Assembly: GCA_963726745.1 (NCBI GenBank)
Contig: CAVSDR010000003.1
Location: forward strand, 544,001 to 608,000
DNA length: 64,000 nt
DNA from: an uncultured Verrucomicrobiae bacterium
Lineage (GTDB): Bacteria; Verrucomicrobiota; Verrucomicrobiia; Chthoniobacterales; UBA10450
Direction: 5' to 3'
Both the position numbers and the translations under genes were made by a program. The notes under the pieces were generated by a model that saw only the letters and a program-made list of their open reading frames with translations, did not search any database and was not told the origin of the DNA. This document shows positions 58,835 to 64,000 of the stretch, in pieces. Position 1 is the stretch's first letter, and every line of letters starts with the position of its first letter.

Positions 58835-59701
58835 TTGGCAGCGGCGGGTGCGGCGGCGGCGGCAGGAGCAGCCGGGCCGGCTTTTACTTCCGCGAGCGGA
58901 TGAGTCTGATCAAGGGACATGAGGTAGGCGACAAGGCACTGCGCGTCGTATGTGGGTACGATCTCAAATTCCTCGGGCGCGTTGCCACTCGTTAGGCCAA
59001 GGGCGTTATGATCGCGCTGCCCGCTGATGCGGCGCTTCTCGTAGAGGAAGCGATACGACGGCATGTTCGAATCCTCCACCAGGCTGCGCGGGTTGTAGAG
59101 ATGGCGATGGTGCCAGGCCGCGGAGTAAGCCGCGGGCGTGCCGTCCTTGGCGATGACCGGGGCAGGCTCAGGCGCCGCAGGAGCCACCGCAGGGGAGGCC
59201 ACGGGAACCGCAGGAGCGGCAGCAACCGCGGGGGCCGTCGCCGCACCAGGTGCCGGTGCCGGCGCACCCGGAGCCGGAGCGGCGGGAGCAGCACCCGGAG
59301 CGGAGCGGAGCCGGAGCGGCAGCGGCCTCGGCTTCCAAGGGCGCGCGCTTGCCGACGTTCGAAAGATCGGGACCCATGCGGGCTTTCCCGAGTAAGACCG
59401 GCTGATCGAAAATGTAATCCCGCGGAGCGCTCCGACGTTCGCCCCACTTCCGCTCGATGTCGGAGGCGATGTAATCCGGACGAACTTGCTGGCTATGGCA
59501 GTAGAAGCAGCCATTTGCCACGTAGACCTGGCGGCCGCGCTCGGCCATGCCGGACTTCGGCATCGGGTAAATGTCGGTGCCCTCCTCGTCCATCTGCGGA
59601 TTGAGGTTCCCGATCTGCGCGTTCGGAATAAGGATCAGGCCAGTCCACGAAAAGAGGAACGTGCCGAAGATGCCGAAGAAGAGTGGTGCGAAACCTTTCA
59701 T
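58831..59701 (-). CDS. CcoO/FixO-like monoheme cytochrome c with an apparent frameshift at about 59295-59315
   Basis: GRQVYVANGCFYCHSQQVR and GPDLSNVG in one frame; WHHRHLYNPR and SNMPSY in another; the break lies in a GCTCCG repeat; ATG overlaps the ccoN-like stop. Confidence 0.82.
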
Positions 59702-61200
59702 ACGGTGACCGTCGCCGCCTCCTCTTCCACGGGGTTCAAAAATGTGGGCACACTCGAAGTGCGGCCGAGACCGAAGAGCATCATGCCGTAGTGGAAGGCA
59801 AAAACGCAGTGACCCACCGTAAGCAGGATGGCCGCGAGGCTGCGGCCGCGAAGATACGGCAGGATGGTCTGGATACTTTCGGTAAAGGCAAGCGCCGGGT
59901 CTTGCATGTTCAAGCCTTGCACGAAGCCGCCCACAAGGAGCAGCAGCACCGTTAGCATGATGCCGTAGGCGCAGGCCCAGAAGTGGAGCTTGATCAACGA
60001 AGCGTAACGCCATTCACGCCCGACCAGCCGCGGCACGATGTAATACATCGAGCCAAACATCGTCATGGTGAAGAAAGCGTAGAGGCCGAGCTGCGTGTAA
60101 CCGTCGCTCGCTTCCGAGAAATTCACGATCGCCGCCATCGAACGCAGCGAAATGATCACGCCGACCAGGCTGAAAACGGTGTAGGAAATGGCGCCAAAAA
60201 CCGTGAAGCGCAGCGTGGGGCTGTAGCGCATGAGCGGGAAATATCCGCGCATGGTCATGTGGTGATTCAAGCCCACGGTCGCCACCGGGATGATCGTCAA
60301 AATCGTGGCCGCAATGCTGGCCGTGATCATCCACGCGGGGAACGGTCCGTCGATCAACCGCTGCATACCGGTCCAGCTGGCAAAGAGCGCATAAGTCCAG
60401 AAGCCAATGGCTGCGAGATGGTAGCTGTAAACCGGACGGCCAATGACCTTCGGGATCATGTAATAAGCCGTGCCCAGCCCGATCGAGCCGAGGAAGAGGA
60501 ACAAGAAGTTGTTGGCAAACCACCAGTTCACCGCCGCCTGCATCACGCCCTGCACCGGGGCGACGAAGAGCATGATCTCAGTCGCGCCGTAGAACCACGG
60601 AAACCAAAGGAACGCGCCCAGCAGATACCATTGCGTGATGTAAATGTTTACTCCGCGCCGGAAGCGGAACATGAGCACCGCCCACGAGACAACCAAGGTG
60701 TAAGCCACGAAAAGAATCAGCCCGGCATAAGGCGGAAACTCGAGCCACTGATAGCCGGTGCTGTGGCCGGCCAAAATGCTGCCTATTCCGATGAGCACCC
60801 CGACGTTCCAGAAAGCCGCCCCCGCCACCAGCAAGAGCGGATGCCGCAAAGTCGTGCGGCAAAGGCGCGCCATCAGCCAGATGGCCGTACCCATGCCGAC
60901 CATCGCCGCCCAGCCATACAGCATGACGTCGACCTGCGCGGGCCGCAGACGGCCCCAGCTAAGGAAGCTGATTCCGCCGAGCAAATTCGGCATGTGCAGG
61001 CCGAAAGAAGTGAGCAGGGAAAGCAAGGTGCCCAGGAGCAACCAAACCATCGCCGAAGAGTAAAACATCAGCACCGGCACGCGCGTGGAAGCGTCGATGA
61101 GCGCACGTTCCACCTGCTCGACATCGCCACGCGTCACTTGCGCGTCCGGCGTCGGAACGGTGCTGCCTGGAGCTTTCAACGGGATCTCAGCGGGAGTCAT
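59698..61200 (-). CDS. CcoN/FixN-like heme-copper oxidase subunit I homologue lacking metal ligands
   Basis: GRLRP, YYMIPK...RPVYSY, LRF, YYIVP, HFW match CcoN; His ligand positions read Q, N, QR, Y-x-Q. Confidence 0.85.
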   Translation of the reverse strand: MTPAEIPLKAPGSTVPTPDAQVTRGDVEQVERALIDASTRVPVLMFYSSAMVWLLLGTLLSLLTSFGLHMPNLLGGISFLSWGRLRPAQVDVMLYGWAAMVGMGTAIWLMARLCRTTLRHPLLLVAGAAFWNVGVLIGIGSILAGHSTGYQWLEFPPYAGLILFVAYTLVVSWAVLMFRFRRGVNIYITQWYLLGAFLWFPWFYGATEIMLFVAPVQGVMQAAVNWWFANNFLFLFLGSIGLGTAYYMIPKVIGRPVYSYHLAAIGFWTYALFASWTGMQRLIDGPFPAWMITASIAATILTIIPVATVGLNHHMTMRGYFPLMRYSPTLRFTVFGAISYTVFSLVGVIISLRSMAAIVNFSEASDGYTQLGLYAFFTMTMFGSMYYIVPRLVGREWRYASLIKLHFWACAYGIMLTVLLLLVGGFVQGLNMQDPALAFTESIQTILPYLRGRSLAAILLTVGHCVFAFHYGMMLFGLGRTSSVPTFLNPVEEEAATVTV

Positions 61201-61217
61201 CGTGCAGAAATTTTTGG

Positions 61218-61907
61218 CTAGGGTCGCGGGGTGGCTCCTCGCACCGGGATCGGAGTTCCAGCGGGGACCTGCACTGGCGTCGGCCCAGGCGTGCTTTCAT
61301 TGAAGCGGAAAAGTTCGGTGCGCGAATCCGGCCCGGCGGCGGGGGTGGAAGACGGTCCCGGCTGAGTGCCGGCAGGCGCTCCCGGAGGCTGAGCCTCGGC
61401 GTTCGATTGGCCTTCCATCTCAGAGTCTTTCCCGGCTTTCGCGGTGTGCGGGGTAGCGCTCGGGGATGCGGAAGCGGCCGGAGCCGGCGCGGGCACTGCG
61501 GGAGCCGCAGCCTGCGGGCCCGGCTGCGGCGCGGCGGCGTCAGAAGTGGACGGAGCGGCCGCGGCGGGAGCGGGCGCGGCAATCGGGCCGGCCGGCGCGG
61601 GCTTGCGCTGCGCGAGATCGGCCACCGTCAATTCCATCGCGCGATGAATCGGGATTCGTGCCGTGCCCTTGGCCTGGTCGACCCAGGCATAGTCGTGCAG
61701 CTGCGGATTCACTTCCTGATGGAGTTTATCGAGTTTCTCCTGCCGGGCCTGGGCGCGCTTTTCTTCGTAGTTGGTCGTGCGCGGCATCGCGCCGATGACC
61801 ACCCAGACGAACAATCCGAAAACCAGAAAGAGCAGGACGACGCCCAGCCAGGTTCCGAAGGTGGAACGCGGTTGCTCAAAGCGCAGTGATGTCTCGGGTT
61901 GGGCCAC
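61218..61907 (-). CDS. ActG-like single-TM subunit with long Ala/Pro tail
   Basis: TM helix, YAWVD...ARIPIHRAMEL motif, directly after actF. Confidence 0.65.
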   Translation of the reverse strand: MAQPETSLRFEQPRSTFGTWLGVVLLFLVFGLFVWVVIGAMPRTTNYEEKRAQARQEKLDKLHQEVNPQLHDYAWVDQAKGTARIPIHRAMELTVADLAQRKPAPAGPIAAPAPAAAAPSTSDAAAPQPGPQAAAPAVPAPAPAASASPSATPHTAKAGKDSEMEGQSNAEAQPPGAPAGTQPGPSSTPAAGPDSRTELFRFNESTPGPTPVQVPAGTPIPVRGATPRP

Positions 61908-61909
61908 GG

Positions 61910-63112
61910 TTAGTTCTGGATGCGCAGGGATTCGATGAGGCGCGGATCACGCAGCGGGAAGAGCGAACTCTTGGTGATCAAGCGCAGGAAAACGAAGACG
62001 AGCGTGCCGCCGATGCCAAGCAGCGGGGTGAAATCCCACAGGCTTACATGCACCCCAGTGCGATGCAGCTCCGGCAGAATAACGACATACATGTCGACCA
62101 TCTGCATGAAGACGATCCAGCAGGCGACAAGGACGAGCTTATCCGGCTTTTTCTTGGTCGCGCGCAGCAAGAGGATGGCAAACGGCAGGAAGAAGCGCCC
62201 GATAACCAACGAGAGGCTGAGCAGATTCCACGACTCGGTATTGCGCAGGATGAAGTAGTCAGTCTCCTCCGGGATGTTCGCATACCAGATAAGCATGTAC
62301 TGGCTGAACCCGATGTAGGCCCAGAAGACACTGAAGGCCAGCATCCACTTACCCATGATGTGGTAATGCTCGATCGTGATCGTCTCGCGCAAATAGCCAG
62401 CCTTATGGAGCAGCCGGGTCACGATCACCAAAAGCGACATCGAGCTGCCCGCGGCACCGGCAAAGATATAGACGCCCCACATGGTGGAGAACCATTTGTA
62501 GTTCAGGCTCGCGAGCCAGTCGTAGGCGCCGAAGGTGAGCGAAATCCCGAAAAGCGGCAGGCAAACAAACGCCATCTTCCGCATCGTGAGCGTCTTCGCC
62601 GGGCTGCCGTCCTTGTCCTGGGCAATGGAGATTTTCCGGTAGAGAAAGGCGGCTAACGAGAAGTAGGTGAAAAAGAACACCGCGCGAATGAGCCAGAACG
62701 GGAGGTTCAGGTAAGCGCGCTTGGCGTCGAGCAAGTGATCGCCGCCGCGCGGGATCACCATCCACTCGTAGAGATGGGTCCGCAGGAGGACGACCGGGAT
62801 GAAGAAGATCGCCATCACCGGCAGGAGGAGGGCGATGTTCTCAAGTTGCCGCCTAACGACCACGGACCACTCGGCATCGACCGCGTGGTGCACCAGGATC
62901 CAGAAATAGCAACCGGCGCAAAGGGTGAAGAAAAAGGCAAACCCAAAGAGCCAGGAGTAAGCCATCTGCGCCGGGTTTATCAGCATCCCGACAACGCTGA
63001 GTGCCAGCCCGAGGAGCGCGCACAGACCAGCAATCATCGACACGCCGCCGAAGCGGTTGCGATCAAAGTATTCGCCTTCCGGCGTGGGCATGACGTGGGC
63101 TCTCTCGCTCAT
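61910..63112 (-). CDS. actF: Alternative complex III subunit ActF
   Basis: Polytopic; AEWSVVVRR, YDWLASL, WFST, FSQYMLIWYANIPEET, DPRL. Confidence 0.87.
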   Translation of the reverse strand: MSERAHVMPTPEGEYFDRNRFGGVSMIAGLCALLGLALSVVGMLINPAQMAYSWLFGFAFFFTLCAGCYFWILVHHAVDAEWSVVVRRQLENIALLLPVMAIFFIPVVLLRTHLYEWMVIPRGGDHLLDAKRAYLNLPFWLIRAVFFFTYFSLAAFLYRKISIAQDKDGSPAKTLTMRKMAFVCLPLFGISLTFGAYDWLASLNYKWFSTMWGVYIFAGAAGSSMSLLVIVTRLLHKAGYLRETITIEHYHIMGKWMLAFSVFWAYIGFSQYMLIWYANIPEETDYFILRNTESWNLLSLSLVIGRFFLPFAILLLRATKKKPDKLVLVACWIVFMQMVDMYVVILPELHRTGVHVSLWDFTPLLGIGGTLVFVFLRLITKSSLFPLRDPRLIESLRIQN

Positions 63113-63825
63113 TTCTTCTCCAATAAGGCTTGAGCGTCCGGCGGCACATCCGCGGCGGTGGCGTTCTGGCTGCGTTGCAAGGCGCGCAGGTAGGCGATGA
63201 TCGCCCAGCGGTCCGGCACGGTCACGTTCGGCCCGTAGGCAAACATGGTGTTCTTGCCGTGCGTGATGGTGTTGAAGATCTCGCCGTCGGCCATTTTGCG
63301 GATGCGCTCATCTTGCAGGCTAACGACCGTGGCCAGGCCGTATTGCTTGGTGATGCCGTTGCCGGCCGCGCTCGCACCGTGGCAGATCGCGCAGTTGATG
63401 TTGAATCGCTGCTCACCGCGCAGCATCAACTCCGGCGTGACTGGAACCGGAATTCCCGTGCCCCATTGGTCGCCCATCTTGCCGGTGTTCACGTAATCCG
63501 AACCGACGCTGAAAGCGACCGCGCTCCCGCGCTCGGACGATCCGGGAATCGGCGTGCCCGCAGGCAAAGCCGGAGCGCCGGGACTCACGGTCGCGCCCGT
63601 CTTCGGCATGTCGTAGCCGATCGGGACCGTCCCATCGATCGGTGGGCGCATTGCGCGTTCATCGGCGTAGAAATTCGACGACGCTTGCGCGCGCAGCTTT
63701 GGCTGGCGAACCATGTCCGGGAAAATTTCCGTGGGCTCGGCGCGGTGATGTTGTCCGCGGAAACCAAGGATCGCGACCATCGCGACGCCGGTGAGGGCAA
63801 AGATGAGGAAGAAAGCGCGCAACAT
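63109..63825 (-). CDS. actE: Alternative complex III monoheme cytochrome c ActE
   Basis: FPDMVRQPK, RPPIDGTVP, CAICH, DRWAIIAY. Confidence 0.85.
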   Translation of the reverse strand: MLRAFFLIFALTGVAMVAILGFRGQHHRAEPTEIFPDMVRQPKLRAQASSNFYADERAMRPPIDGTVPIGYDMPKTGATVSPGAPALPAGTPIPGSSERGSAVAFSVGSDYVNTGKMGDQWGTGIPVPVTPELMLRGEQRFNINCAICHGASAAGNGITKQYGLATVVSLQDERIRKMADGEIFNTITHGKNTMFAYGPNVTVPDRWAIIAYLRALQRSQNATAADVPPDAQALLEKK

Positions 63826-63828
63826 ACT

Positions 63829-63999
63829 TTAGTCCTCGTGCACCACGGTGAGGCGTTGCCCGCCGGTTGCTTCGAGCAATTGCACCACTTCCGCTTCCGT
63901 GAAACGCGGGTCGCGCGCTTCGATCGCAAGGAAGAAGCCATCGTCGGTCACGCGGCGAAAACGATCCCAGTTAAACATCGGATGATACCAGCGCGGCAG
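63829..63999 (-). CDS. actD: Alternative complex III subunit ActD (DUF3341), C-terminal part only
   Basis: Manual translation LPRWYHPMFNWDRFRRVTDDGFFLAIEARDPRF...HED*; upstream of actE. Confidence 0.8.
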   Translation of the reverse strand: MPRWYHPMFNWDRFRRVTDDGFFLAIEARDPRFTEAEVVQLLEATGGQRLTVVHED

Positions 64000-64000
64000 G

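Larger units (their letters stand above)
1034..63326. repeat. Dispersed short motif (GC)CTAACGA(G), at least 33 copies
   Basis: Manual scan: CTAACGA 23x on + strand, TCGTTAG 10x; full GCCTAACGAG 12x. Confidence 0.8.

Noticed and set aside
59698..61200. Functional cbb3 oxidase or nitric oxide reductase
   Set aside because: All heme and CuB/FeB histidine ligands are substituted

Overview
High-GC (roughly 65% by eye) bacterial chromosomal segment. Gene content and order point to Verrucomicrobiota, probably Chthoniobacterales-like (inference). Left to right it holds: the 3' part of a secreted beta-helix/autotransporter-repeat protein; a complete dcw cluster on the minus strand (mraZ to ftsZ, with a LysM gene between murD and ftsW and a murC-murB fusion); an exbB-exbD-tonB-like/Zn-ribbon/guaB3/fabF run; a Myxococcus-type MglA/MglB GTPase module in one operon with a PilB ATPase; xerD, orphan nuoA, a GT4 and rfbA; a sigma54-preceded minor-pilin cassette; an aa3-type cytochrome c oxidase cluster; a five-gene circularly permuted ATP-grasp/alpha-E/transglutaminase cluster; and the end of an alternative complex III (ACIII) operon followed by ccoN/ccoO-like and cytochrome c genes. 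Top observations: (1) the CcoN-like subunit in the ACIII operon has lost all six heme/CuB histidine ligands while its partners keep their heme c motifs; (2) a dispersed non-palindromic motif (GC)CTAACGA(G) occurs at least 33 times, on both strands and in several reading frames, forcing rare codons; (3) an MglAB + Pro-rich roadblock scaffold + PilB operon. Frameshifts in ftsA and the ccoO-like gene are probably assembly errors. No tRNA, rRNA, CRISPR array or IS element was seen.
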